A program made the position numbers and the translations under genes. The notes under the pieces were generated by a model. The model saw only the letters and a list, made by a program, of their open reading frames with translations, was not told the origin of the DNA and searched no databases. A DNA stretch of 64,000 nt from assembly GCF_030028105.1 (NCBI RefSeq), contig NC_092374.1:27041016-27105015 (forward strand). The letters are read 5' to 3'. Source of the stretch: Mobula birostris (lineage: Eukaryota). How positions within the stretch are numbered: the first letter of the stretch is position 1; each line of letters opens with the position of its first letter. This document shows, in pieces, positions 38,078 to 50,590 of this stretch.

Positions 38078-38560
38078 CATTACTGCACATAGGCACATAT
38101 GTATAGCTCAGGTATATTACTATTGTATTTGTCAACGCGGAGTGGAGAGCGAGTTTGTACATCTGGCAGGAGTGAAGGATGTTGGGAATGGCGAGGGTGG
38201 GGCGCCACGGGAGGGGTGTGGGACAGGTGGCGGAGAAGGAGTGTCAGGACACACTCAGCCCTGAGACACCAGGCAAAGTAACGATTGGTTTATTGATCAT
38301 TACAGTATGTCTCTTTGGTGCTTCCTGCTTCCTTCCCCTTTTTGCTGATCATGATTCCCTTCTCCCTGTCCCGTTCCCACTCTCAGTCTACAAAAGAGAC
38401 CCATATCAGAATCAGGATTATCATCACCAATGTATGGCATGAAATTTACTTTTTCGCGGCAGCGGCAGTACAATGCAATACATAAAATTACTACAGTACT
38501 GTGCAAATGTCTTAAGATCCCAAGCTATATATATGTTCCTAAGACTTTTCCACAGTACTG
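38078..38560. mobile_element. Second, inverted copy of the composite mini-MITE-bounded element
   Basis: Reverse-complement match to both flanks of the gap; mini-MITE at 38494-38560. Confidence 0.75.
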
Positions 38561-40444
38561 CATACAGTTTTTAAAAGTCTTTCTTTTGTAGTGTTATTTT
38601 GTTATAATTAGAGTTCAAATAGGTCAGACCTGGTAAGGTGATTGGTCCCAATCATGTGAACTTAACATTTGTAAAACAGGCCTCACCAGAAACAACACGG
38701 TACTTGTATACTAAACTCCATAAAAAGTAACTGAAAGGAAGGATTATATGTGCCTGGACTTGCAAATGAGCCAAGATGCCTGTGGCAAGGAGGGCTGGTT
38801 ATTCTTCATAACCCACTGTACACATTTCACTTACACACTTATCATTACAATTTGATTGAACTCTAAGGGACATCCAAATTCCAAACACGACTAAAACTGT
38901 CTCGGGTTCCAGAAGTATCAAAATGCACTGGGATGGAGCCAGCACTTGAATTGACTTGAAAACAACAGCTCAATTCAGGGAGCCTTATCTGATCTGATGT
39001 TGAAAAATCCCCGCACTAGTTTCACCTGTGTCCATGGCACCAACTGATGCACGGGTGTCACAGAACTGATAACTTTCCCAATTCACTTCTGTCTGATTGC
39101 AGGGACTTGTCCTATCATGTTACGTTGTAAACAGTTTCTGGAATAATCACCAGATTATTGATAAATATTGGTAACTATTATAAGCTAAATCCTAGAGAGG
39201 CACAGAGCCTCTGTGCTGTTTCAAAGCCAGGTTTTAACTTCAAGTTACACCAGGTTTTAACTGTATACTTGTGTGTTGCCAAGCATAACAACATTCTTCA
39301 GGACCAAAGTGCACAACATTACCTCAAATAAATTAGCAAATAATCAAATATATTCTAGAAAATTGACATTTTGCGTAAGGCACATTTACAACACAAGTCG
39401 AAAGGCGAACAGTGTAATGCCACTGGTGCCCCATAAGTGATGAGACGTGTGTGGTCGCTGGAACTTGAGTAGTCCCATGGCCTCAGAGAAGAAGATGCTT
39501 CCCCTATAACAGTCCTTGTTCTAATGCTATGTTACCTATGGGGGTGGTGGGGGGGCGGGTCAAAGAGATTGAGGGATGGATGGGAGGGATCCTTGGCAAT
39601 GCTAAGGGCCCTGCATACGCAGTGCTCTTGATAAGTGTCTCAGATGGGTGGAACAGAGATTCCAATGATCCTCTCAGCAGTCCTTGCAATCCTTTGTAAG
39701 GTCCTTGCGATTACCATACCAGGCGGTGATGCCACCAGTCAGGACACCCTCACTGGTGCTCCTGTAAAAATTGGTCTTAGTTCATCTCATCATTGGATAA
39801 TAGTAAATGACTGGAGCTCCTAATTAAAAGATGAGTTTGATTTGTCACATGTATATTGAAACATTGAAATATACAGTGAACTGTGTCGTTTGCATCAAAT
39901 CAGATCAACGAGGAGCAGTGTGCAAGTGTTGCCAAGCTTCTGGCATTAACATAGCTTGCCCATATCTCACTAACCCTAACCATTCATCTTTGGAACGTGG
40001 GAGGAAACCAAAGCACCTGGAGGAAACCCACATGGCCACATGGTCACAGGGAGAACATACAAACTCCTTAAAAATTTCTGAAGGCTCATTTTATTATCAA
40101 AGTATGTATGCAGAATACAACTCTGAGATTTTTCTTCTCCAGATAGCCAAAAAAATGGAAACTATTGTAGTTGAAAGAAAGACAACAATTCCCTCCCCTC
40201 GCACAAAAAGAAAAAGAAACAAGAATTTGCCAACCCCAACCCCCCCCCCCCAGCCTCTCTCGCACAAAACTAACAGATCACAAGGAGAAACAAAAACATC
40301 AAACCCCAAACCCACAGCCCACCAATTGGCAACAAGACAGAATGGGCAAGAACTCAATACAAAAACATAGAACTGAAAGAGGCCAAGGTGAACTGCAGTC
40401 CAATCCATAAATCCCAGAAGTTTGAAAACATCTCCTAGTGCATT

Positions 40445-40569
40445 GACTCAAACCAGAGGCCCCCTCCAGGGGTAGTGATTCAAACCAGCGGACCCTCTGA
40501 GGGCAGCAACTCAAACCAGCAGGCCCCTCCGAGGGCAGCGACTCAAATTAGCGGCCCCTTCGAGGCAGC
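40445..40569. repeat. Four tandem 30-32-bp units
   Basis: Consensus gactcaaaccagcggcccctccgagggcagc, no spacers. Confidence 0.85.
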
Positions 40570-42059
40570 AACCCAAGCCATGCAGCCTCTCTGAAAACTG
40601 CTCGCTCTCCTCCGCATTTGCTTCAATGCTTCAATCTTCCTCACTGCTTTAATCAGCGAAAAATGTGGACGATCATGGCCCCTTGTCTCATCTCGGAGCT
40701 TCTCCTCATGGTAGCCTCTGCTCTCCTGCAGGTTTCCTGGGGACCACAGTGCACTAGCTTACTCAATTGAACTACAGACTGTAAGTCACAGGCTCCAACA
40801 GTTCCTGAAACAAAATTAAGATATAAAGAATAAGCAGAAGACGCAGAAAAACTGAAATTATTGACTATTTGGAAGATGTCACCTTATCTATACCCTATCT
40901 ATACTCCTCATAATTTTGTATACGTTTAGCAAATCTCCCTTCGTTCTAGGGAATAAAGTTCTAACTTATTCAACCTCTCCCTGTAACCCAGGTCCTCAAG
41001 TACTGACTACATCCTTCTAAATTTTTTCTGTACTACCTCAATCTTATTGATAACCTTTCCTGTGGGCAGGTGACCAAAGATCCACACAGTACTCCAAATT
41101 AGACTTACCAATGTCTTATGCATCTTCAACATAACATCCCAACTCCAGTACTTAATATTTTGATCACCGATCCTCCCCAACATGATCAGCTCCGCTTCTC
41201 TCCCCAGAATCACGGTGCTTCAGACACTGATTGTAAGCACTCAAGTTGCTCTCTTATTTAGGGTCTGCTGACCCTGACCCCTTCCCAACTAACATCAGTG
41301 ATGTCTCTTGGCAGAAACTAAAAACTCCACGCAGTGTGCCAGAATGTTTTAAGGTCCAGTGTATGATTCTGAGAGGCCGTGAGATTTTTATCAAGGCTGA
41401 ACCATGATTTTCCGCGCCACACAGCCTTTTACGGAAAGGTCACCGTTTGTGTGCCCCAGATTAGTGGCAGTGTTAAGGCCTGTGTCACCAAGCAAGATTT
41501 ATAGGTTGTCTGGCTGCCAACAGAAATAATTTTTCCCATTCCTGAAAGGAAGGAGTGATGGTGCTGTTTCCTAGGCTGCGGCAGGACATAAATGTTTTTT
41601 TCTCTTGTGAACTTTTATCAGGAGAAACCTTATTCACGCTGCAGAATGGCTGTTCTACATCAGCCTTGGCTTATTTTGACTATGGATCATATCAAGGCAA
41701 TACAGCCACAACTCACACAATAAATTCTAGCTATTATTCAGGCAGCACCTTTGTAGGCGAAGGCTAAGAACGATCATTTAAACGTTTATTTAATTAATCT
41801 CTCTCCCACTCCACCAACGTTTTCTGTTCTCACCGGGGCCCTATTCTACACGACCTTGGTGCTCAATCAAGCAATTAGACTGTAGATGGGGAGGATAAGG
41901 AGTGCTGCTTTTTGTTTTGTAGGCATGTCATGGTTGTGTGTGTTGTTGCCATAGCCAAAGCACTTGTTGTCTGTGGCATCATAACCAGCTGGAATCAAAG
42001 GGGAATTATGAGCATGCGTGAGAGAGAATAGGAACATGGGTGTGGGTTCAGGGATAAAC

Positions 42060-42595
42060 ACTAAGTGATCACTTTATCGGCGACCTCCTCTACCCAAGAA
42101 GGTGGCCGCTGAGTGGATGTTTGTGGTTTTCTGCTGCTATAGCTCATCCACTTCAAGGTTTGACATGTGCATTCAGAGATGTCCTTCTGCACACCACTGT
42201 TGTAACGTGTAGTTGTTTGAGTTACTGCCCCTTCCTGTCAGCTTGAACCAGTCTGGCCATTCTGCTCTGACCTCTCTCATTAACAAGGCTTTTCTACCCA
42301 CAGAACGGCCGCTCACTGCTAAGTTCCTCCAGCCTGTTGTGAATGTTGCTCATCGGATGCTTTTTGTTTCTCGCCATTCTCTGTGAACTCTTTAGACTGT
42401 TGTTCATAAGCAGTTATTCCATGGTCAAACTCACTTAGATGACATATCTTCCCCATTCTGATGATTAGTCTGAACAGCAGCTGAACCTCATGACCATGTC
42501 TGCATGCATTTATGCTTTGAGGTGCTGCCTCGCGATTGTCCGATTTGCTTTAATTAGCGGGAATACAGGTGTAGCTAATAAAATAGCTACTGACT
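42060..42595 (-). mobile_element. Non-autonomous Tc1-like element (same family as 54689-55231)
   Basis: Reverse-complement collinear, including the terminal palindrome at 42060-42115. Confidence 0.75.
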
Positions 42596-45052
42596 ATATG
42601 TTACAATATATGGGTACAAAGAAATAAGTAGGAAGTGGGAAGATGGTGAGATAGGATAACAGGATTGTTTCCGTAGGAACCAAAATGGACTGAATGGGCC
42701 AAATAGGCTCCATTGTCATTGTAAGTGTTACTGTAATTGTGTCCACACCCACTACCACGACCTGATTTGTTGGAATAGAGAACTGTGGGTGATTTTTTTG
42801 CCCTTCCCACTGCAGGGCACTAAGATCAATCATAAGAAAGCGAAAGAGGGGCTTGGCATTTAAACTATTCTGTCACATCCAGAGAACATCCCAAGACATT
42901 TTGCAAGCAAGAAATTCCGAGCCACAGGCTTGACAATACTTGACAGTCATTCTGCACAGAGCAACGTCCCACTAAACACCAGAATCAGCCATTTGCTTTT
43001 TTTTTCATTTGAATCAAGAATAAAAATTGACTCCTGTCTTGTTCAAATCCTCCACAGGATCCTCTTCTTCCATCTGAATCCGTTGAGGCTCAGTTTAATG
43101 ACTGATATTTAAAATGGCACTTGTGAATACTCTGTCTCTGGAGAAGCAGCCAAGTGTCAGCAAGACCACAACTCAAATCCTTGGCAGGGGTTTAGAGGCA
43201 GTTTCAGTGGACAGAGTTGTATGTGGGGAGCTAAGCTGATTTCAGCATGCCAGCTGCTTCCTTAGTTTTCATTAATTAACTTCACACAGATTGCATAATG
43301 AGCCAGGAGCCTTGCTGGCCTTTACAACCTGCTGTCAGAACAGCAGAGAGCATCAGAGGCGGTGAGATAAAAGGTTCATCCAGATGGTTATCTGGAATCT
43401 GAAATCATGATGAAATTTACCTTCAGTACTTGACATTTTTCCTGTCTTTTTCCCAAGAGCTGTTGTGTTTGTCCACTAAAAGGAATGAATTAAGAAATTT
43501 TATTTTAATGCAAGAAGTTCTGATTTTTTTTTGCTAATGAGAAATCCAGCCTGCGCAATTATTGTTTATCTTCTCAGCAGAACAGTGTCATATTGTCCTC
43601 AGCCCAGACAGTTGTCAATGAAAAGCCCTAACCCGTTTTGAATTAATAAGCCTGTAATCTGCTTCCCATGGTTAACATGAAAGCATATGTGTAAAGCTCA
43701 TATTCTATAAAACTTCTGAACATTGTGGGGAATAGGTTATTGCCAAATTTGTTCATTATTGTGTACAGGGCGACAGTACTGAACTGTAGAGGACACCTAC
43801 ATCTGAGATCGTTCTTATACCTGGGGATGGTCCTAGCGACTCTGGATGGAACCTCTAGTCGGAGGCTGGAGACAGTTTTGCTGAGGAGTCTGAGGAATTG
43901 GATGGTTGCCGTGTTGGGAACATAGTGTGAGTGAGTGGTGAAGGTGCCAGGTCATGGGGATATGGATCAAAAGTATGGAGAGATTGGAACGAGTTCATTG
44001 TGTGGGCTTGTTGGCGTTCTGGCTGGGTTGAGAGGTAAGTAATAGGGTTCTAGCTCAGATCAGCATTATTAAAACTCATTTGTCCTGGCAGATAACCCCA
44101 GCATGGGGTAAGGTGTAATTGGCCAGGCCTCCCGTGCAGGTGACTGGCGACTGGAAGCAGCTGGTCGAGTTTCCACAGTGGTGCACCCAAAAGCAGAAAT
44201 GGTCGGGATTGCTTTCTACTTCCGAAAGACATTGCCAATCAGACAGGTCGCTCTCAATAATGTGGTGACCCTGGCCCAAAGTTTCACGTTAAAAGATCTA
44301 AAATCGGAATGTTTCAGTCACAAAGTAATACAGCACAGAAACAGGCACTTCGGCCCAACTGATCCATGCTGACCACAGCACCCTGCCTGCTTGTCCCAGT
44401 TGCCCATGATCAGACCACAACCTCCAAGCCCCTCCCTTCACGTACCCATCCAAATACCCATAAATAGAACATAGAAATCTACGGCACATTACAGGCCCTT
44501 CGGCCCACAATGTTGCAATGGTGCAGTCGTATCTGCCTCAGCTACTTCCTCTGTCAACTCACCTCAAATACTCACTACTCTTGGTGTAAATAAGTTAGCT
44601 CTTGGCTCTCTTTTATATCTTTCCCCTCTTATCTCTAAACAACAAGTCGCTGATGTTCTAATATGTAGTGTAGCAACTTGCTGAGACTTTTAAGATCAGG
44701 AATGTCCCAGATAGAGTCTCCATTTGGGTGTGGCAATTGATCCAACCAAGAGAACCCTGGGGTTACCCTAACCAGCAGTGTTCACTCTGTGACTGCAGGA
44801 GCAAGCCTCTTGCAGCAATATAATCAGTGTTAGAAGTTGAATCTGAAGATCACATGTCCTTGGAACTGTACCTCATCTCTGGGAGAGAGAGGTAAAAACT
44901 ATTAAAAAGAGAAGTTTGTCATGTTCTGGGTGCTTTGTTGCAACAATTGGCTGTGGAAATGCTAACGGAATAGTACAAGTTAAAGTACATTTCTCAGTAC
45001 TTGAAAGTAAATCAGTAGAAATTAAAGTTCAGAGTAAATTTATTATCAAAGT

Positions 45053-46223
45053 CCCATAATCCCACATTCCCACAATCCTAATTGAGAAGTTACAGAACCT
45101 GGGCCTCTGTACCTCCCTCTGCAATTGGATCCTCAACTTCCTAACTGGAAGCCACAGTCTCTGCGGATTGGTGATAACATATCCTCCTCGCTGACGATCG
45201 ATACTGGTACACCTCAGGGGTGTGTGCTTAGCCCACTGCTCTACTGTCTGTATACACATGACCGTGTGGCTAGGCATAGCTCAAATACCATCTACAAATT
45301 TGCTGATGATACAACCACTGTTGGTAGAATTTCAGGTGGTTACGAGAGGGCGTACAGGAGTGAGATATGCCAACTAGTGGAATGGTGCCGCAGCAACAAC
45401 CTGGCACTCAATGTCAGTAAGACGAAAGAGCTGATTGTGGACTTCAGGAAGGGTAAGACAAAGGAGCACATACCAATCCTCATATAGGGATCAGAAGTGG
45501 AGAGAGTGAGCAGCTTCAAGTTCCTCGGTGTCAAGATCTCTGAGGATCTAACCTGGTCAACATATCAATGTAGTCATAAAGAAGGCAAGACAGCAGCTAT
45601 ACTTTATTAGGAGTTTGAAGGGATTTGGTACGTCAACAAATACACTCAAAAACTTCTATAGTTGTACCATGGAGAGCATTCTGACAGGCTGCATCACTGT
45701 CTGGTATGGAGGGGCTACTGCACAGGACCGAAAGAAGCTGCAGAAGGTTGTAAATCTAGTCAGCTCTATCTTGGGTACTAGCCTACAAAGTACCCAGGAC
45801 ATCTTCAGGGAGCGGTGTCTCAGAAAGGCAGCGTCCATTATTAAGGGTCTCCAGCACCCAGGATGTACCCTTTTCTCACTGTTACCATCAGGTAGGTGGT
45901 ACAGAAGCCTGAAGGCACACACTTAGCGATTTAGGAACAGCTTCTTCCCCTCTGCCATCCGATTCCTAAATGGACATTGAAGCTTTGGACACTACCTCAC
46001 ATTTTTAAATATACAGTATTTCAGTTTTTGCACATTTTAAAAAATCTATTCAATACACGTAATTGATTTACTTGTTTATTTATTATTATGTTTTATTTTA
46101 TTTATTATCATTACTTTTTTCTCTCTCTGCTAGATTATGTATTGCATTGAACTGCTGCTGCTAAGTTAACAAATTTCACGTCACATACCGCTAATAATAA
46201 ACCTGATTCTGATTCTGATTCTG
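45053..46223 (+). mobile_element. Relatively young 5'-truncated Rex1/Babar LINE inserted in an older antisense LINE tail
   Basis: GTPQGCVLSPLLY..IYKFADDTT..WCRSNNLALNVSKTKELIVDFRK; (GATTCT)3 tail; TSD AAAGT at 45048-52 and 46224-28. Confidence 0.9.
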
Positions 46224-47340
46224 AAAGTACGTTCATGTCACCATAATACTACCCTGAGATTCACTTTCTTGCAGGCATTCACACTAAAACACAGAAATGC
46301 AATAGAATCAATGAAAATCTGCACACAAACACAGACTGACAAACCACCAAAGTACAAAAGACTAACTGTGCAAATGCAAAAAAACCCAGTAATTATAATT
46401 AATTAATTAATTAATACTGAAAACATGAGTTGTGGAATCCTTGAAAGTGAATCCATAGGTTGTGGAATCAGGTCAGGGTTGAGGTTCAGCTTGCAAATTA
46501 GCTCGCAAATTAACTTGTGGCAAAAGAGTGAAGGTAGGACCATTTTTGCCACAGGCGCAGGGAGATGAGAATCATGGATCCTGATCCTTCCCTCCACTCT
46601 GCTCAGCTCTTTCCCCGCAGTAATTCCACTTGCAACTGATTTCAGTATGGTAGGCGTACCACATTAACTGCAACCTGTCTCTCGTGTACTATTGAAAAAT
46701 TTTACTGTGAGTGATCTAATGTGTGTTGCCTGTTCCAGCAAAATCATTTGATCGTTACCTCCAAGTTATTCATTCATTGTTCATTTTCAGGACAATCACA
46801 GGAACTGGGGCATAAGCAACTCCCTGTCAAATTTTAAGGTCAAATGTTCTGTCTCTTCCTCTTGGCAGAAATCAGGTCCCTGAGGCACGATATTGGTATC
46901 AGGGGAGTTTGGCTAACCACTATATAGTGGAATTATTACTGGAAATTCAAAGATGCCTTTAAATACAAAGTCTCAATGGACCTGAAGAGTGTTTGCTATG
47001 AACTGCATAGGCGCACATTATAGCTGTCTTAACTGCAATAGTATCAGAGCTGTACAGAAAGGTCCTTTGGTTCATCATGTGACTATTGTAGTCATGCACT
47101 TACTGATGGCATTTGGTTCATAAAGGCATAAAATTACTATAAATTACAAAATAAATAATGAGTAATGAGGTTATGTTCATGGACGCTTAGAAATTAGATG
47201 ACAGAGAAGAACAAGCTATTCCTAAATCTTGGTGATTTAAAAGCTTGTTTCTCTTTTTTTTATTTTTATTTATAGATACAGAGAGGAGCAGCTCCTTCTG
47301 ACTCTTCGAGCTGCACTGCACAGCAACCCACCCATTTAAT

Positions 47341-47488
47341 CCTGACGAAGTCCAGTCCTGACGAAGGGTCTCGGCCCGAAACGTCGACTGTACCTCTTCC
47401 TAGAGATGCTGCCTGGCCTGCTGCGTTCACCAGCAACTTTTACGTGTGTTGCTTGAATTTCCAGCATCTGCAGATTTCCTGGTGTTGG
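47341..47488 (+). mobile_element. Short PLE terminal insertion inside a SINE
   Basis: TSD ccaccc(a/g)ttta at 47328-38 and 47489-99; host matches the uninterrupted SINE at about 51950-52230. Confidence 0.8.
47353..47390 (+). ncRNA. Minimal type I hammerhead ribozyme motif (PLE-associated), intact
   Basis: CAGTC [helix I] CTGACGA A GGGT-CTCG-GCCC [helix II] GAAAC GTC^ GACTG [helix I']; palindromic ACGT helix III. Confidence 0.8.
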
Positions 47489-48204
47489 CCACCCGTTTAT
47501 CCCTAGCTTATTCACAGGACCATTTATAATGACCACTAACCAGTATGTCTTTGGACTGTGGGAGGAATCCCCCCCCACCCCCGCACACAAGAAGGATCGT
47601 ACAAATTTGCTTACAGAGGATGCCGGAACTGAAATCCGAAAACTCTGACATCCCAAGCGTTGCGCTAATTGCTATGGTACCGTGGCATCTGTGCTTATTA
47701 TATGTGATGACCTGAGCTACAAGCGGCTCAGGGGCAGAGTGGTTCGCACATTGATTTACAGTGCCTGGGGGGAATTTGAGACCGTGTGAGTTTCCTCGCA
47801 CTGCTCCGCTTTCCTCCCACATTCCAAAGACTTACGGTTAGGCTTAATGAGCTTTGACATGTCGGTGCCAGAGGCGTGACAGGACTTGCCCAGTACAATC
47901 TTCACTGATTTGATGCACAATGTCGCTGTTCACTGTACATTTCAATGTTACATGTGATAAATAGAGTTAATCTAATCTTACCTCCACCACCTCCTTGGAC
48001 AGCTTGTTCCAGAATCCAACCAGTCTCTGTGTGAAAATATTCTCCCTCTGATCCAACAAATCTCCTCCCTCTCACCTTTTGCCCTTTTGTTTTGAACTCC
48101 CCCACCCCCTAATGCCCTTGTGCACTTGTATCGGGTCACCCCTCACTCCCCAGCTTCCTTGGCTCCAGGGAAAACTAAATATAGGAATCTCACAAGCTGC
48201 CTAA

Positions 48205-48700
48205 AGGCAAGAAATTCTGCAGGTGCTGGAAGTCCAGAATAACACACACAAAATGCTGGAGGAACTCAGCAGCTCAGGCAACGTCTCTGGAAATGAATAA
48301 AAGGTCAATATTTCAGGCGAAGACTCTTCATCAGGGTTGGAAAGGAAGGGGGAAGGAGCCATCTTGAGAAGGTGGGGGGGTGGGGGGAAACACAAGCTGG
48401 AAGGCGATAGTGAAGCCAGGTAAGGGGAAAGGTAGGTGTGCGGAAGAGGGGCGGATTAAGTGAGAAGCTAGGAAGTGATAGGTGGAAAAGGTAAAGAGCT
48501 GAAGAAGAAGGAATCTGATTGGAGAAAAGAATGGACCATGGGGCAAGGGAAGTAGAAGGGCATCAGAGGGTGGCGATAGGCAGGTGTGGAGAAAAGAAGA
48601 GGTAAGAGGGGAAGGAAAAGAGAGAAGGGGAGGGGGAGAAATTACTGAAAGTTAGGTAAATTAATGTTCATGCCATTTAGAGTAATCAAAAAATCAATGT
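48205..48700 (-). mobile_element. PLE 3' UTR and terminus
   Basis: Collinear with 26527-26890; degenerate hammerhead at about 48303-48340. Confidence 0.8.
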
Positions 48701-48959
48701 TCATGCTATTTATAGAAATTGAAAAAGCATTTGTACGTGTCACAGAGTTACATTACAGTACCATGGCTTGGGTCATCATCAGAAAGGTGAAGGAGGAATA
48801 TTTCCATTTAAACTTGGATTTGTATAGTATCTTCATTGTAGTACTACATCCCAGAGAGGAGGTTGATTGTACGGATATAACTTCAGTCCATGCAATAGTA
48901 ATCGTGTAGCTCTGTCAGTGCAGTAACTACAAGCTAACATCAGCTGACAATCTTCATCG

Positions 48960-49415
48960 AATCAGAATCAGATTTAACATCAGTGACATTATGACGTGCA
49001 ATTTGTTGCTTTGCAGCAGCAGCACAGAACAATACATAAAAATGCTGTAAAATACAATATGAAATATGCACCTGTATGTAAAAAAGTAAATCAGTGTAAA
49101 AAGAACAAGGTAGTGTTCATTCATTGTCTGATCATAAATCTGATGGTGGAGCAGAAGAAACTGTTATTAAAAAGTTGAGTGTGTGTCATCAGGCTCCTGT
49201 ACCTCCTCTTTGATGGTAGCAATGAGAAGAGAGCATGTCCTGGGTGATGGGGGTCCTTAAAGATGGATGCTGCCTTTTTGAAGTATTGCCTTTTGAAGGT
49301 GTCCTGGATGCTGGGGAGGGTAGAGCCTTTGATGGAGCTGGCTGAGTTTGCAGCTCTCTGCAGGTTTTTCCGATCCTGTGCAGTGGCCCCTCTGAACCAG
49401 ACGGTGAAGCAACCG
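48960..49415 (-). mobile_element. Rex1/Babar-type LINE 3' end
   Basis: KKAASIFKDPHHPGHALFSLLPSKRRYRSL; GATTCT tail. Confidence 0.8.
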
Positions 49416-49904
49416 TCTTCATTACTTGGTCCTTCATTACTCATGACTCTGTCAGTCTTACAATCCGGTGGGAGTACGTGCAAAGCGCAGAATGAGGACA
49501 TGGTTTTAGAGGGCAGCTCTTCAAAGGTCAATTAGGCACGGCCATAAAATGGGTGCTTTGCAAGACATATCCACATCCAGTGTGAAAGAAGGAAAATTCC
49601 CGTCTCTGATTTGTGAAGTGACACGCATATTAGGCACAGGAGGGTGAAACCCAAGCTGCTTCAGCACACTGATCCCTGTTCACCTCACTGGCAGCTGGTT
49701 AGATACATCATCTCTGGTTGTTTTGCTTTCTACCACCGTTTGTGTATGTTTGGATTTAATGGAACCGGATGGGAGGAGTTGGACACAGCCGGTGACTGAA
49801 GCTCTTTCACAGGTTTAATGTTAGTAACCAAGGACACATTCACTTCATCATTTTCTCCCCTCTCTATCCACTAACTGTAACCAACTATGTCAGCACGAGC
49901 CAAG

Positions 49905-50410
49905 CACAGTGGACGGTAGGGCACTGAGGAGTGCAGTGGGACAGAAGGATCTGGGAATACAGATCTATAATTCCTTGAAAGTGGTACTGCAGGTACAGTA
50001 GAGAGAGTTTTGGCATACTGGCCAAAATGTTATGTTGAATGTTATGTTGAAGTTGTATGAGACATTGTTGAGGCTAAATTTGGAATATTGTCTGCAGTTC
50101 TGGTCACCTACCTACAGGAAAAAATATCAATAAGATTGAAAGAGTACAGATAAATTTTACAAGGATGTTGTCATGACTTGAGGACGAGATTTAAGGGAAA
50201 GGTTGAATTGGTTCGGACTTTATTCTTTGGAACATTGAGGAATGAGGGGAAATATGCTACAGTATACTAAATTGAAAGGGGTATAGATAAGGTTAATGAA
50301 AGCAGCTATTTCTACTGAGCTTGGGTGAGACTAGCATTAGAGCTTATAAGTTAGGGGTGAGAGGTGAAATATTTAATGGGAACCTAACGGGGAACATCTT
50401 TTCTGGTGTG
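49905..50410 (+). mobile_element. CR1 LINE 3' fragment (related antisense copy at about 40880-41165)
   Basis: ttggaatattgtctgcagttctggtcacc..aggaaaaatatcaataagattgaaagagtacag, typical of CR1. Confidence 0.75.
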
Positions 50411-50519
50411 GTGTGAATGTGCAATCACCTACCAACGCAAGTCATTCATTTGGCAGTAAAGTTAATCATCATGTATCTTTTTATTATGTGTGGGGTTTAA
50501 AGAATGGAGGGACAGCACC

Positions 50520-50590
50520 ACATGCCACGTGCCAACAACATTTTTGTGTCTGCCATCTTGGGCACACATGCCATAGGTTCGCCACCTCTG
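50520..50590. mobile_element. Single hAT-type terminus
   Basis: Reverse complement cagaggtggcgaacctatggcatgtgtgcc; no matching second end found. Confidence 0.45.

Noticed and set aside
40445-40569. ~31-bp palindromic repeats resembling a CRISPR array
   Set aside because: Units are contiguous with no unique spacers, no cas genes, vertebrate intron context.
43740-44300. GC-richer segment with faint coding-like look
   Set aside because: No convincing protein motif or splice-bounded WWC similarity; exon 2 and 3 already join contiguously.
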